This document shows, piece by piece, positions 20,906 to 30,395 of a stretch of 55,059 bases of DNA. The notes beneath the pieces were generated by a model. It had not been told where the DNA came from, made no database searches, and saw only the letters and a list, made by a program, of their open reading frames with translations. This DNA is from a virus. Taxonomy: Duplodnaviria; Caudoviricetes. The position numbers and the translations under genes are program-made. The stretch is from the IMG/VR virus record IMGVR_UViG_3300017963_000062, positions 1 through 55,059 of that record; one strand, given 5' to 3'. Numbering within the stretch: the stretch's first letter is position 1; the number at the start of each line of letters is the position of its first letter.

Positions 20906-23152
20906 TTATCTAAAGTTAATGCCGCTATCATCCAAGTCAGCATCTGGCGGTACGAGCAGCCAAGTGCAGCGACAATTTATAGTTTCATTGGCTGGTCCTC
21001 TTGGATCTCGCGGGAATTCCAAGTTGTTTCCTGCTGGTGTCTTAAAGTCTTTTCCAACTTCCACCATTTCCCCGTCCAGCTGCTTGTGGTCGGTTGCGTC
21101 ACCTTCTGCAAAAGACCTAACCCTAGAGTCGCCTGCTGTTATCCACATTTTTTTTAACCCTGGAATAACTGTTGTAGCATCCTCTTCTGCCGCTTTTTGT
21201 CCTAATGAAACAGCAGTTAATGTTTCTGTTCTGGCTATTGTTTTGGAGCGATTTGGCGCTGCTTCTCCGAAATAGCTAAAGATGTTTTCAGCGATTTCAT
21301 CCAGCGTTTTTGATTCCTTCACACCCTTTTCAACCACCTTAAGAATGTCGTTGGTTGTAGTTTCTGAAAATGTTTGAAAGTTCTTCAAGGCTCTCGCTGC
21401 AAGGGCTTCGCGCCTTCCTTGCTCGTTTCTAGATCTTAATGCCTGTATTTCGTTTTCGGATGGAAGGTTGAAGGGTGTATCTAGTTGTAGGTTGTAACCG
21501 ACTTCGCCAGTTGCAACAAGCGTAGGTACTGCATTTTCTGTGTATTGAGGTTCAAATTTTTCATAGGCTTCATTCAACGCCGATTTTAATCGCTCCTCCT
21601 CCGGAAAAAATCCTTCCTGCTTCAGCCTTTCTTTAAATATTTTCTTGAATATCTTTACTGTAATTGGTGCCTCTTCAGCAAAGATATCCAATACGGATTT
21701 TAAAACCTTCCTTTCACCCCGATCAACTTGGTTGTCTTCCTTATTTTTTCTGCCGCTCCACCAAGAATCATTTTTGGTCAAAAAAGCCTCGGTCCTCCTA
21801 GGCTTTGTGTCCTCTTGCGTGTCCTCTTCCAGCTCTTCGCTGTCTTCTTGGGGTGCTGGCAAGGCTGGGAGGTTGCTGCCTGCCTGCAACGGTTGAGCAG
21901 AAAATTGCTCGAATGGGTTATTCTGCTGGGAACCTCTAACAACGTCGCCGCCAGGTAGAGGTGGAGCGTCATAAAGTGTTTTTCTAACTTCATTCATTGT
22001 CATGAAATTCATCTGCTTTATTGCCAAGTCAGCTTTTTCCGATTCGTCGACTTGCAAGGCTCCAACATCCGAATTGTCAAATCGGAAGAATGTTTTAAAG
22101 CCAAGTTCACGTTTAAACGAAGAGCTTAGAGAATCAGAAATTATATTTTGGAAGGGAATAACTGTTTGTTCCCAGAAATTTCTTATCTGCGCTTTTGTCT
22201 CTTCCGATCCGAGAGATCCAGATGATTGCAAGCCAAGTTCATGTGGCGGTATTGCAAGCGTCGCGCGTATATCGTCCCGATTTATGAGAAGGTGTTCTTT
22301 TAGCTGCTGCTCGGCCATTGTTTGCTGCAATGACTTTGCAGTAACCCCTTTCGGTAGTATCATGGTTCGGCGCTGGTTGCGGCGTCCAGTCCAATTTGTT
22401 TCAATCGATTTTAGCAGTCTCATTGCCTGCTTTTCGTTCGCCAATTCTCCCATCTCCAACACTGGGCCGGGGTTTGCTTGCTTAAGATAAAAGTTAATCA
22501 GAAATTCTTTTGTGTATTTGTCAAACAGAACTGACTTTCGTGCTGGTATAAATGGAGACAAGCCCCAATACATGCTGTTTAAGTGAGGTAGCTTAACGTG
22601 AATGATATCCTTCGGGGAAATTTTCATGTACCCGCCATACATGTCTTGGAATTCTTTCGCCGATCCAAAGTTAACTTGGTAATACTTTATAGATCCATCT
22701 GTAGCTGTTTCAATTGTCACAATTTCAGTGGGTATCAGTATAAGTTCTTTATGAAATCGAAGCCGCCATATAATTGCATTGCCCATCAAAGTCAATTCAG
22801 AGGCGACCTTGTACATGAAATTTGTGTACCCCTCTTGAGGATTTGGATTGTCAAGCATATCTATCAAGTTGTTTTTTTCTGCTGGAACTCTTACTATTGA
22901 ACCGTTTGAAAGAACCTCTCTCTCAATTGTAAGAGGCTGGCTTGATATCTTTCTGGCTACTATATTTACAACAATATATGGCCAATTTTCAGAGAAATAT
23001 TGGTTCTTGAGACTCATGAAATCTAGCGTTGCTTCTACCTCGCTCACCCAATTTCCAAAGTTTTCGTCGTTGTATGGGTCACTCGGCGCGGCCTTTTCTT
23101 TTGGCTGTCTTTTCTCGATTTCATTCCTTCTAAAGTTTTCTGTGTAGCTCAT
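20906..23152 (-). CDS. Portal protein fused to a Mu gpF/SPP1 gp7-like minor head domain
   Basis: HK97-portal motifs (LMGNAI, DIIHVK, GLSP, IPPHELG, MTMNEVR) then IARTET, KKMWITAGDSRVR and ETINCRC. Confidence 0.85.
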   Translation of the reverse strand: MSYTENFRRNEIEKRQPKEKAAPSDPYNDENFGNWVSEVEATLDFMSLKNQYFSENWPYIVVNIVARKISSQPLTIEREVLSNGSIVRVPAEKNNLIDMLDNPNPQEGYTNFMYKVASELTLMGNAIIWRLRFHKELILIPTEIVTIETATDGSIKYYQVNFGSAKEFQDMYGGYMKISPKDIIHVKLPHLNSMYWGLSPFIPARKSVLFDKYTKEFLINFYLKQANPGPVLEMGELANEKQAMRLLKSIETNWTGRRNQRRTMILPKGVTAKSLQQTMAEQQLKEHLLINRDDIRATLAIPPHELGLQSSGSLGSEETKAQIRNFWEQTVIPFQNIISDSLSSSFKRELGFKTFFRFDNSDVGALQVDESEKADLAIKQMNFMTMNEVRKTLYDAPPLPGGDVVRGSQQNNPFEQFSAQPLQAGSNLPALPAPQEDSEELEEDTQEDTKPRRTEAFLTKNDSWWSGRKNKEDNQVDRGERKVLKSVLDIFAEEAPITVKIFKKIFKERLKQEGFFPEEERLKSALNEAYEKFEPQYTENAVPTLVATGEVGYNLQLDTPFNLPSENEIQALRSRNEQGRREALAARALKNFQTFSETTTNDILKVVEKGVKESKTLDEIAENIFSYFGEAAPNRSKTIARTETLTAVSLGQKAAEEDATTVIPGLKKMWITAGDSRVRSFAEGDATDHKQLDGEMVEVGKDFKTPAGNNLEFPRDPRGPANETINCRCTWLLVPPDADLDDSGINFR

Positions 23153-23233
23153 CTGTTCCCTCTTTTAATACATTCACTAAAATAGTATCCAAAATGTTAC
23201 TAAAATCATCACAAACCTGTCATCGAACATCGT

Positions 23234-24628
23234 TTAAAATCCTTCCTCTGGGTCCATATCCATTGATTCATATAAATAGTTTTCAAAAGAATCCTTAACT
23301 GTTTCAGCTTTGGGCAAATCCTCCACAAATTTTATATCGAAAGACTTATCTGCATACTCATCGCAAGCCACATAGCCGAGAAAACAAGAGGTAACAATGT
23401 CATCGTGTGCACCGTCGGCTGCGTTGTATCTCATCCTGCCAAGCTTATCAGTTTCGACCTCATAAGAATCAAATTCCTTCAGAAGTTCTGGCCAATTTGG
23501 AAAAATTATATCGCCCAATTCCATACCGTTTATAAGCGAATTGACCATTTGAGATTTCGATGCATTTGAGAAAGTTATTCCATGGTATACAAGCCCTGGA
23601 ATTTCTGCAAGCATGTCATCGATCACTGTCCCTAGTCCTGTTTTATCGTGGTATAGCATGTCACAGGATTGGAATTTAAACATGAATTTAGCCATAAGCA
23701 ATAGCTGTTCTGGGTATCTTTTACCCTGCATCCGTAAAAATCCCACACATCTAAATGGCCGCTTGGAATAATCCCAACATGTAATGACTGTGTAGTCTGT
23801 TGTTTTTGCCCAGTCAGCACCTGCCACCATTGCAATATCTGCATGATTTGGGTGTATCCACATTTCCACGGCTGAAGACTTGATAAACTCTTCTTTCCAA
23901 GTCTCTGTGTCAATTACGCACTTGGGGAATACTTCCCCATCGTCGATGAATTCCGAAAGGTAGTATTGCCTAAAAAGCCTATCAGGAAGAAGCCTTTTTG
24001 CTTCGTCTATGGAATCTTGGGGTACGTGTGGATTATCACGCGTTGGAGCTGTAAGAAATATTTCGCGCGGTTCTCTTTTTTCGTGCTTTGCGCGCAGCAT
24101 CTCTTCTTTCGCCCTCATACAACCTTTATAAAAAAAGTTGCGGCCTCTTGGGGTCGATATGTTTAAACGCTGTGCTTGCGTCAGTGTCCAAGTTGTCCTT
24201 GATGAAATAATTGCTTGTTCTTTTAGTTTGGCGCATTCGTCCGACACTTGCCCAAAAACGGCTTCACCTTCCAAATCCTCTGGGTTTTGCCCATGCCAAA
24301 ACTGGATTTCAATGTTTTTACTCGGAATGGTAATAATACTGTCTGCTTTATTTTCCTTTATGTACGGCGGCGGCGGCCATAGGTGTTTTATGTATCGCTG
24401 GCCTATTTTGGTCTGTTTTTGAATAGGCGCAAGCCAGCGCCACAAGGTATTGCTAAATTTGGGAGCAGCAAAAGCCAGACTTGCACTTGCGCTTATACTT
24501 TTTCCCCATTTCGTACCACAGGCCAGCCAAAGTGTTTTTGTTTTTGTGTTACGATTTGCCAAGTGGCGCATAACAAGTGATTGCTTTTCGCTATGGGGAG
24601 AAAAAATTTTAGTCCTTAGCTTTGCCAA
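23234..24628 (-). CDS. terL: Terminase large subunit
   Basis: Walker A GTKWGKS, Walker B VSDE, ISTPRG, nuclease GADWAKTTD and HDDIV. Confidence 0.9.
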   Translation of the reverse strand: MAKLRTKIFSPHSEKQSLVMRHLANRNTKTKTLWLACGTKWGKSISASASLAFAAPKFSNTLWRWLAPIQKQTKIGQRYIKHLWPPPPYIKENKADSIITIPSKNIEIQFWHGQNPEDLEGEAVFGQVSDECAKLKEQAIISSRTTWTLTQAQRLNISTPRGRNFFYKGCMRAKEEMLRAKHEKREPREIFLTAPTRDNPHVPQDSIDEAKRLLPDRLFRQYYLSEFIDDGEVFPKCVIDTETWKEEFIKSSAVEMWIHPNHADIAMVAGADWAKTTDYTVITCWDYSKRPFRCVGFLRMQGKRYPEQLLLMAKFMFKFQSCDMLYHDKTGLGTVIDDMLAEIPGLVYHGITFSNASKSQMVNSLINGMELGDIIFPNWPELLKEFDSYEVETDKLGRMRYNAADGAHDDIVTSCFLGYVACDEYADKSFDIKFVEDLPKAETVKDSFENYLYESMDMDPEEGF

Positions 24629-24795
24629 TATGACTTACCAGTAATAATTTGTCTAAACTTAAAAATACATATTAATACATATTATGCTCAAAATAAATGT
24701 TGTCATATTTCTGTTGACAGACCGTTTAAACAGTGTAATAAAGGGGGTGTTGGAAATGGCGTTTTTGTATTACAGTTTTTGCAGGAGAGAATAAA

Positions 24796-25401
24796 ATGTC
24801 CAATATAACTAGGGAACAGTGGTTAAAAAGAATGGCAAAACACTTGAGCAGAGAGTTTAAACGGCAGTTTTACACAGTACCAGAAAACATAAGGGTATCA
24901 TGTGGTTTGCCAAGTTCAAGAGCCTTTGGAGCTAAAAGGAAAACAATTGGCCAATGTTGGGACAAGGCCGCTTCAGACGATAAACATTTTGAAATATTTG
25001 TTAGTCCGACCGTGGACGATCCAATTGAAGTTGCCGCTACATTGGCTCATGAGATGGTTCACGCTGTCGTTGGTTTAAAGGCTGGACATAAAAAGCCATT
25101 TGTTGACTGCGCAAGATCCATAGGCTTGGAAGGCAAGCCAACGGCAACAGTGGCAGGTTTAAGACTAAAGGAATTTATAATTGCTGGACTCGAAAAAATA
25201 GGTCAATATCCACACGCCAAGATTGACTACTCAAGCAAAAAAAAGCAGGGCACAAGGCTTGTTAAGGTGGCTTGCCCTAACCAAGAGTGCGACTTTTTGG
25301 AAGAGCTTGGGAAGGTCTACAGTGTCAGAATGTCGGCGCAGGTCATCGAATACGGGCTACCTGCGTGCGGGTGTTGTCAAGAAACAATGGTGGAGGTCTA
25401 A
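24796..25401 (+). CDS. SprT-like zinc metalloprotease-domain protein
   Basis: TLAHEMVH...GH motif plus C-terminal Cys cluster. Confidence 0.7.
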   Translation: MSNITREQWLKRMAKHLSREFKRQFYTVPENIRVSCGLPSSRAFGAKRKTIGQCWDKAASDDKHFEIFVSPTVDDPIEVAATLAHEMVHAVVGLKAGHKKPFVDCARSIGLEGKPTATVAGLRLKEFIIAGLEKIGQYPHAKIDYSSKKKQGTRLVKVACPNQECDFLEELGKVYSVRMSAQVIEYGLPACGCCQETMVEV

Positions 25402-25608
25402 ATGAGAGAAAAGAAAGTTCGGGCAAGTGTTTACTTGTCGGAACACTTGACACAAATAGCTGTCAAAACAATGGGTTCAAAAAGTAAATTTGTTGCGGAA
25501 GCATGTAGATACTACATAAACAATGGAGGTTTGGAAAAATGGGCAAAGGAGAACGAAAAAAATGAAGCTGATGGAGCTAAAGGGATTGTACGTAACCCTA
25601 AAAGATAG
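25402..25608 (+). CDS. Ribbon-helix-helix-like small regulator
   Basis: RASVYLSE...SKSKFVAEAC pattern. Confidence 0.45.
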   Translation: MREKKVRASVYLSEHLTQIAVKTMGSKSKFVAEACRYYINNGGLEKWAKENEKNEADGAKGIVRNPKR

Positions 25609-25786
25609 GGGTGTTTTTAAAGGAATCAGAGGTGAATATCTGCCAATGGATTGTTTGACCGACAACTTGGAAGGCTTAATTGACATAGCTTTAGAGGCTG
25701 ATCGTTTAAACCAGATGGATTTGCAAGGGACTGTACACCATGACTATACACAACTGCGAAAGTTGCTCGGAAGATTCGAGGATTGA
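25523..25786 (+). CDS. Hypothetical protein
   Basis: In-operon ORF; real start probably ~25562. Confidence 0.4.
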   Translation: MEVWKNGQRRTKKMKLMELKGLYVTLKDRGVFKGIRGEYLPMDCLTDNLEGLIDIALEADRLNQMDLQGTVHHDYTQLRKLLGRFED

Positions 25787-25997
25787 AGAAGATTTTGGCT
25801 TCGTTGCAAAGGGTTTGCAGGTGGAGCTAATACGCAAAGGCATAGAGGTATTTGGCAATCAATCTGCTATTGCAAGGGCTTGCGGCGTGTCTCGCCAATT
25901 GATATCTAGATACTATTGTGCAGACGCCGAAATGAAACACTCCTTTTACTTGTATCTTCAGAGTGTTATAGAGTCTGAGATTAAAGATAACGTTTAA
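25740..25997 (+). CDS. HTH DNA-binding protein
   Basis: GNQSAIARACGVSRQLISRY. Confidence 0.6.
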   Translation: MTIHNCESCSEDSRIEEDFGFVAKGLQVELIRKGIEVFGNQSAIARACGVSRQLISRYYCADAEMKHSFYLYLQSVIESEIKDNV

Positions 25998-26007
25998 ACA
26001 ATTATAT

Positions 26008-26073
26008 TGTCAATTTTTTGTTGACACTCATTTCTAAAAACCCTATAAGGAGGATGTCAACAACGTGTTGACA
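26008..26073 (+). promoter_or_regulatory. Strong sigma70-type promoter with two TGTCA-N9-TGACA inverted repeats
   Basis: TTGACA(26021)-17-TATAAG(26044); inverted repeats at 26008-26026 and 26055-26073. Confidence 0.7.
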
Positions 26074-26099
26074 CTAACTGGATAACTAAGGGGTGAGAG

Positions 26100-26279
26100 A
26101 TGACATACTTAATGAGCGAAAAAGATGGAATGCCAAAGACGGCAACCAACGTAAAGACAGGAACATTCGGGACTGTCTCTGAAATCTGGACAAACCTAAA
26201 AGGCGTTAAATACGTCACTGTTCACAGCTTTAACGGCAAAGTTAACTGGAAACTTTCAAACTGCAAGATTGAGGGGTAA
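26100..26279 (+). CDS. Small hypothetical protein (59 aa, below ORF-track cutoff)
   Basis: MTYLMSEKDG...; AGGGGTG RBS. Confidence 0.55.
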   Translation: MTYLMSEKDGMPKTATNVKTGTFGTVSEIWTNLKGVKYVTVHSFNGKVNWKLSNCKIEG

Positions 26280-26282
26280 GAG

Positions 26283-26456
26283 ATGAACAACAGAGCAATC
26301 GGGTCGTTTGAAGACCTTTTGGATCTTTGCATTGAAAATGAAGCCGACAGGCAGGATCTCGTTTCGGAACATGCAGACAGGATCAACTTGACTGAAAATG
26401 AGAAACTCATACTTCTAAGGGGTAATTTGAAATTCTGGAAAATAAGGGGTGAGTGA
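26283..26456 (+). CDS. Small hypothetical protein (57 aa, below ORF-track cutoff)
   Basis: MNNRAIGSFEDLLD...; GAGGGGT RBS; TGA overlaps next ATG. Confidence 0.55.
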   Translation: MNNRAIGSFEDLLDLCIENEADRQDLVSEHADRINLTENEKLILLRGNLKFWKIRGE

Positions 26457-26740
26457 TGAGCGAGAACATTACAATAAATTTTGAATACCGGTTGGCTCAC
26501 TATGACAACATCGAAGAATATGCATTCGACGAGCATGCCGATCCAAGCGGCCGGGGGCCTGGCACAGGCTTTGATGACATCGAAAGCGCAAAGCTTGCAA
26601 TTGCAGAATACGGGCATGACGGCCTTTGGATAATAGATATGTCTTTCGACAGCGGCGCAATGAAAGAAGTTTGCTTTTTGCTTGACGGCGAAGAGGTTGA
26701 GAATCCGAAGAAGAAAAACAGGTGGTCGAGGGATGATTAA
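26456..26740 (+). CDS. Acidic hypothetical protein
   Basis: Coupled ORF with RBS. Confidence 0.55.
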   Translation: MSENITINFEYRLAHYDNIEEYAFDEHADPSGRGPGTGFDDIESAKLAIAEYGHDGLWIIDMSFDSGAMKEVCFLLDGEEVENPKKKNRWSRDD

Positions 26741-27020
26741 GAATATAACACTAGAATTTGAAGAGGATGAGATTCAGCATCTGGCTTATGTGATATGCAG
26801 AAGTTTTCTTCATGAACAAACAGACAGGTTTCTGTTGAAAGACTTACAGAAAATGGACTTGGCAACATGTAACAGGTACTCGAAAGGAACATTGTTTTTC
26901 ACAGATGACTTATTAAAGGCAAAAATAATATTTTCCTTTTATGCTGAGGATTTTAATCCGATACTTCTTTCAGAAAATGGCGGTGATTGGTGCATTGCAG
27001 TTGATAAGGAGTTTCATTAA
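26733..27020 (+). CDS. Hypothetical protein
   Basis: MIKNITLEF...; overlaps previous stop. Confidence 0.5.
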   Translation: MIKNITLEFEEDEIQHLAYVICRSFLHEQTDRFLLKDLQKMDLATCNRYSKGTLFFTDDLLKAKIIFSFYAEDFNPILLSENGGDWCIAVDKEFH

Positions 27021-27023
27021 GAA

Positions 27024-27233
27024 ATGATTACAATATTGTCAAAAAAGACTGAATATCATTTGAAGATTGGCAGCGAGCGTTTCTTTTTTATAATCGATGA
27101 AAATAGATACAGGCTTGAAGACGCAGACGGAAACGAATATGCAAACAGCATGGGCCTTGCGAAATCGCCTAAATTTTTGAAAATACTTGAAGCGTGTCGC
27201 GACAAAGTAAAGCATGGGTATTGTAAGGTATAG
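27024..27233 (+). CDS. Hypothetical protein
   Basis: AAGGAG RBS; its 3' end runs into pentamer array A. Confidence 0.5.
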   Translation: MITILSKKTEYHLKIGSERFFFIIDENRYRLEDADGNEYANSMGLAKSPKFLKILEACRDKVKHGYCKV

Positions 27234-27590
27234 TATCGTTTTGGTGGAGTGGGTCAGAGTCATGTAAAGTAACGGCTGGGTGGAGCATCTTCTGGCAAAG
27301 GCTATGCAAGGTGAGGCGATAAATAGTTTAGTTTAGTTCAGTTTTGGTAAAGTGATGCATAGTTGAGTGTTGGCAATGTTTTGTTGAGCAGTCCAATGCT
27401 ATGGCAAAGTTATGGTTAGGTAATGTGTAGTGCAATTCAGTTTTGGTAAAGTGAGGTAATGTTGAGTATTGGCAATGTTTTGTTAAGCAGTCAAATGTTA
27501 TGGCAAAGTTAGGCGCAGTTTTGGTTTAAGTAATGGCAGGGTAAAGCGCGGTCAGTTACTGTTGTGGTTAGGTGTTGCGTATTTCAGTTG
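27217..27590 (+). ncRNA. Pentamer array A, (NGY-NN)n; candidate guide-RNA locus
   Basis: G/T-rich, 5-nt period, e.g. GGT aa AGT ga GGT aa TGT tg AGT at t; ~76-nt imperfect duplication 27337-27412/27436-27511. RNA status is inferred. Confidence 0.6.
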
Positions 27591-27608
27591 GGAAAGGATA
27601 AAACAAAA

Positions 27609-28124
27609 ATGAATATTGATGGAATAAGAGAAAAAGTTGTAAGGAACATTACTGGCGGTGTTGACGAAAAAATAAAGATAAAAAGAGAATCTAGTTCAGA
27701 TACAAGAACGTGTGATTATACTAAAGTTACAAAGGAAGAGCTTTACAAAAACTCACTATCACATATAAGTGATGTAAATCTAGGAATTAGTTATTTAATA
27801 AGAAAATTGAGAGAAGCCGCGCTTTTGCACGATGTTACAAAAACGTATGATATCGATAAATTCTACAACGACTTTAAAACAGGCTTTGAAAACACTGATT
27901 GGTGGGAAGAACATCAAAAAGTGGAAAGGCACCATTTTAATGATGGAAAATATATCCAAGATGATATCAACTTGATTGATGTACTTGAGCAAATTGTTGA
28001 TGGAGTGATGGCTGGCATGGCCAGAACAGGTAAATATCGACACGAGCCAATCAGCAATGAATTACTGCAAAGAGCATACAATAATACAGCAAAACTTTTA
28101 ATTGACAATACTTCAGTCGTATAA
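27609..28124 (+). CDS. HD-domain-like protein (DUF5662-like)
   Basis: SH...LLHDVTK...H....RHH...DVLEQIVD pattern; ATG 27609 after AAGGA. Confidence 0.5.
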   Translation: MNIDGIREKVVRNITGGVDEKIKIKRESSSDTRTCDYTKVTKEELYKNSLSHISDVNLGISYLIRKLREAALLHDVTKTYDIDKFYNDFKTGFENTDWWEEHQKVERHHFNDGKYIQDDINLIDVLEQIVDGVMAGMARTGKYRHEPISNELLQRAYNNTAKLLIDNTSVV

Positions 28125-28129
28125 GGAGA

Positions 28130-28426
28130 ATGTTAATAATGGGTGGAATACTTTTTAAAGGGCAATTGGGTGAAAAAGGGAACATGCGGCTGAATGCGAC
28201 GGAGTCTTTCCCGCTTTATCTTATGTTTCTTTTTTCATGTGAGGAGGAGCCACATTCAAAGGAGGCAAAAGACAGCGTTCGAGGATTTTTTGAAAAAGCC
28301 TTTGCCGAACTGCTTGACCAGGTTTTTTCCAAGTATGAAGCGGTAAAATTTGATTTTAATAAGACGCCAGAAGAAAACTACAAGATTCTTCGAAATTATC
28401 TGGAGAAGGAAAAGGCAAATGCATGA
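28130..28426 (+). CDS. Hypothetical protein
   Basis: AAGGAG RBS. Confidence 0.5.
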   Translation: MLIMGGILFKGQLGEKGNMRLNATESFPLYLMFLFSCEEEPHSKEAKDSVRGFFEKAFAELLDQVFSKYEAVKFDFNKTPEENYKILRNYLEKEKANA

Positions 28427-28787
28427 CATCAACACGTTTTACAAGTTGGACGAAAACAACGAAGTGCAGATCATGTCGCCGGAAGAGGTCGAAAGATTCG
28501 ATTGGAAGAGTCGCTGGCACATGAAAAGCAAAGCAGGCGTCGTGACTGTGTCAACAATTTTTCTTGTTATAAATCACAGATGGTTTGCTGGCAAGGCTCC
28601 ATTGTTGTTTGAAACCTGTCTGTTTCATGATGCCACGAATGAATCCTTGATGGTCCAAAGATATGAAACAGCTAAAGAAGCAGAAAAAGGTCATGATTAT
28701 TGGTGCGCAACAGTCAGAAGCAGACTTGGGATACTTCTTGAAGAACCAGTTAATAATCTCGATTTCATGCGAGAAAGTGTTCAATAA
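28419..28787 (+). CDS. Hypothetical phage protein
   Basis: VSTIFL..NH...PLLFET...RY.T..EA..GH pattern that I recognise from phage hypotheticals. Confidence 0.55.
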   Translation: MHDINTFYKLDENNEVQIMSPEEVERFDWKSRWHMKSKAGVVTVSTIFLVINHRWFAGKAPLLFETCLFHDATNESLMVQRYETAKEAEKGHDYWCATVRSRLGILLEEPVNNLDFMRESVQ

Positions 28788-28926
28788 ACATATCTTTATT
28801 GATCACCGGCGTAACATTGTTAACTTGCCGGCTTTATTTATAAAACAGAATTTATAGGGGTTTAATGATCACTTATAAATGCAGCTGAAATCTTTAACAG
28901 AATATTAAAAGGAATCGTTTAAACGC

Positions 28927-29172
28927 ATGGAAAAGAGAATTATCATAAATCCGACAAAGGAACAGTTTGATGATATTGGCAAGACTTATGAAATTTTAAT
29001 TTTTCTTATGGGCAAAGACGGTCTTCACCTCGCTTGCAACAGGATATTGAATGAGGTCTTGGCCGACATGAAAAGGAAGGGGTTAACAGAAGATAAGATC
29101 AAAGATATGTTTACACAAAGTATAACAAACGCTATCGATATAGCTTTTAAGCAAAATGACCTTGGAGTGTAA
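28927..29172 (+). CDS. Hypothetical protein
   Basis: AAGGA RBS with CGTTTAAACG between the RBS and ATG. Confidence 0.55.
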   Translation: MEKRIIINPTKEQFDDIGKTYEILIFLMGKDGLHLACNRILNEVLADMKRKGLTEDKIKDMFTQSITNAIDIAFKQNDLGV

Positions 29173-29455
29173 TGTTTCTGTAAGGTTGTGTGGTGTAGTT
29201 TGGGTATAGTGGAGTTGTGTGAAGTTATGGTTAGGTAAAGTTAGGTTTATTAAGGTACTCGTTGGCTAAGTTAAGTTTTGTAAAGTTCTTGGCTAAGTTA
29301 AGCAGCGTTGGGTTTGGATCATGTATAGTTTTGTAATGTTATGGTTAGGCAAAGTTAGGTTTATTAAGGTACTCGTTGGCTAAGTTAAGCAGCGTAGGGT
29401 TTGGGTTATGTATAGTTTTGTAACGTTTTTGGCTAAGTCAAGTATGATCTTGTTT
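29173..29455 (+). ncRNA. Pentamer array B, (NGY-NN)n, immediately upstream of the RAMP gene
   Basis: e.g. GGC ta AGT ta AGC ag CGT ag GGT tt; 52-nt duplication 29224-29275/29338-29389 with 1 mismatch. Confidence 0.65.
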
Positions 29456-29514
29456 ATAGTCATAAAGTTGGAATGGACAGTAAAAAATTATCAGAAATAA
29501 GTGAAAGGAAAAAA

Positions 29515-30387
29515 ATGTTTAAGTATATCAATATCAAGTATAAGTTGGTGGCAGAGCAATTAGGCACATGCACAGAGGCCAGCATTTACCATGAGCATGT
29601 TTTAAAAAAGGCTCAAAAGGAGATAAAAAAGGCCAATAGAATGCATAAAAAAGCAACCAAGGCGTTTGAAAAATTTAACGGCTGTGACGAAATATCAGAA
29701 ATTAAAGAGGTTGTGGAATTGCAGAGTATTATAAGATCTTACCAAGAGTGTTTAGGTAAAAAAGATCCTTTACCAGATAACCCGGAGGAGTTAATAGCTT
29801 ACTCCAAGGTTTGCGAAGAAGAATTTGACGCTATGGTTGCAGAAGGACAACAGCAAAAAGCAACGATATTTATGAAAGATGAGAATGGTTGGCCAAGAAT
29901 ATCGACGCACATGTTTTTAGGCAACTTCAAAGAAAATGCTAAAATAATAGCAAACAACAGCACCTTGGCAAAAGAAAAAAAGATGTTTAAGTCCAAAGTA
30001 TCCGTACAAGAAATGTTAACAATGGACGTTAAGCCAATCCAACCATTTGTTAAACCGTCGGAGGATATTATTAAAGACGATGATGGAAAACCAGTAATAT
30101 GCGAGAGGCCAATAAGGTTTGAACGGATGGGAAAAACCGAAACTGCGATAGCACTGAGCGAGCAACTTCCTATAGGAACAGAATACAGCGTGGATTTTAG
30201 GGTACGAGGTGACTCGCCTTTTGCTGACAATAAATTCCAAATTATTAAAGACCTTTTGGAATGTGGGAAAAATTGCGGTTTGGGGCAATGGCGTGGGTCC
30301 GGTGGCAAAGGCGCTTACATGTACAAAATAAAGGAAATTAAAAAATCTGAAATAAAACAAGATCCAAGATTCGCTGGCTGGAACTGA
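29515..30387 (+). CDS. Stand-alone Cas7/RAMP-like RNA-binding protein (Vipr-like)
   Basis: N-terminal strand plus EQLGT; IFMKDENGWPRISTHMFLGNFKENAK resembling the Cas7/Csm3 P.I....KG..R segment; SEQLPIGTEYSVDF; C-terminal Gly-rich loop GKNCGLGQWRGSGGKG. Start 29515 (AAGGA RBS) or 29473. Confidence 0.7.
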   Translation: MFKYINIKYKLVAEQLGTCTEASIYHEHVLKKAQKEIKKANRMHKKATKAFEKFNGCDEISEIKEVVELQSIIRSYQECLGKKDPLPDNPEELIAYSKVCEEEFDAMVAEGQQQKATIFMKDENGWPRISTHMFLGNFKENAKIIANNSTLAKEKKMFKSKVSVQEMLTMDVKPIQPFVKPSEDIIKDDDGKPVICERPIRFERMGKTETAIALSEQLPIGTEYSVDFRVRGDSPFADNKFQIIKDLLECGKNCGLGQWRGSGGKGAYMYKIKEIKKSEIKQDPRFAGWN

Positions 30388-30395
30388 CCATCTTT

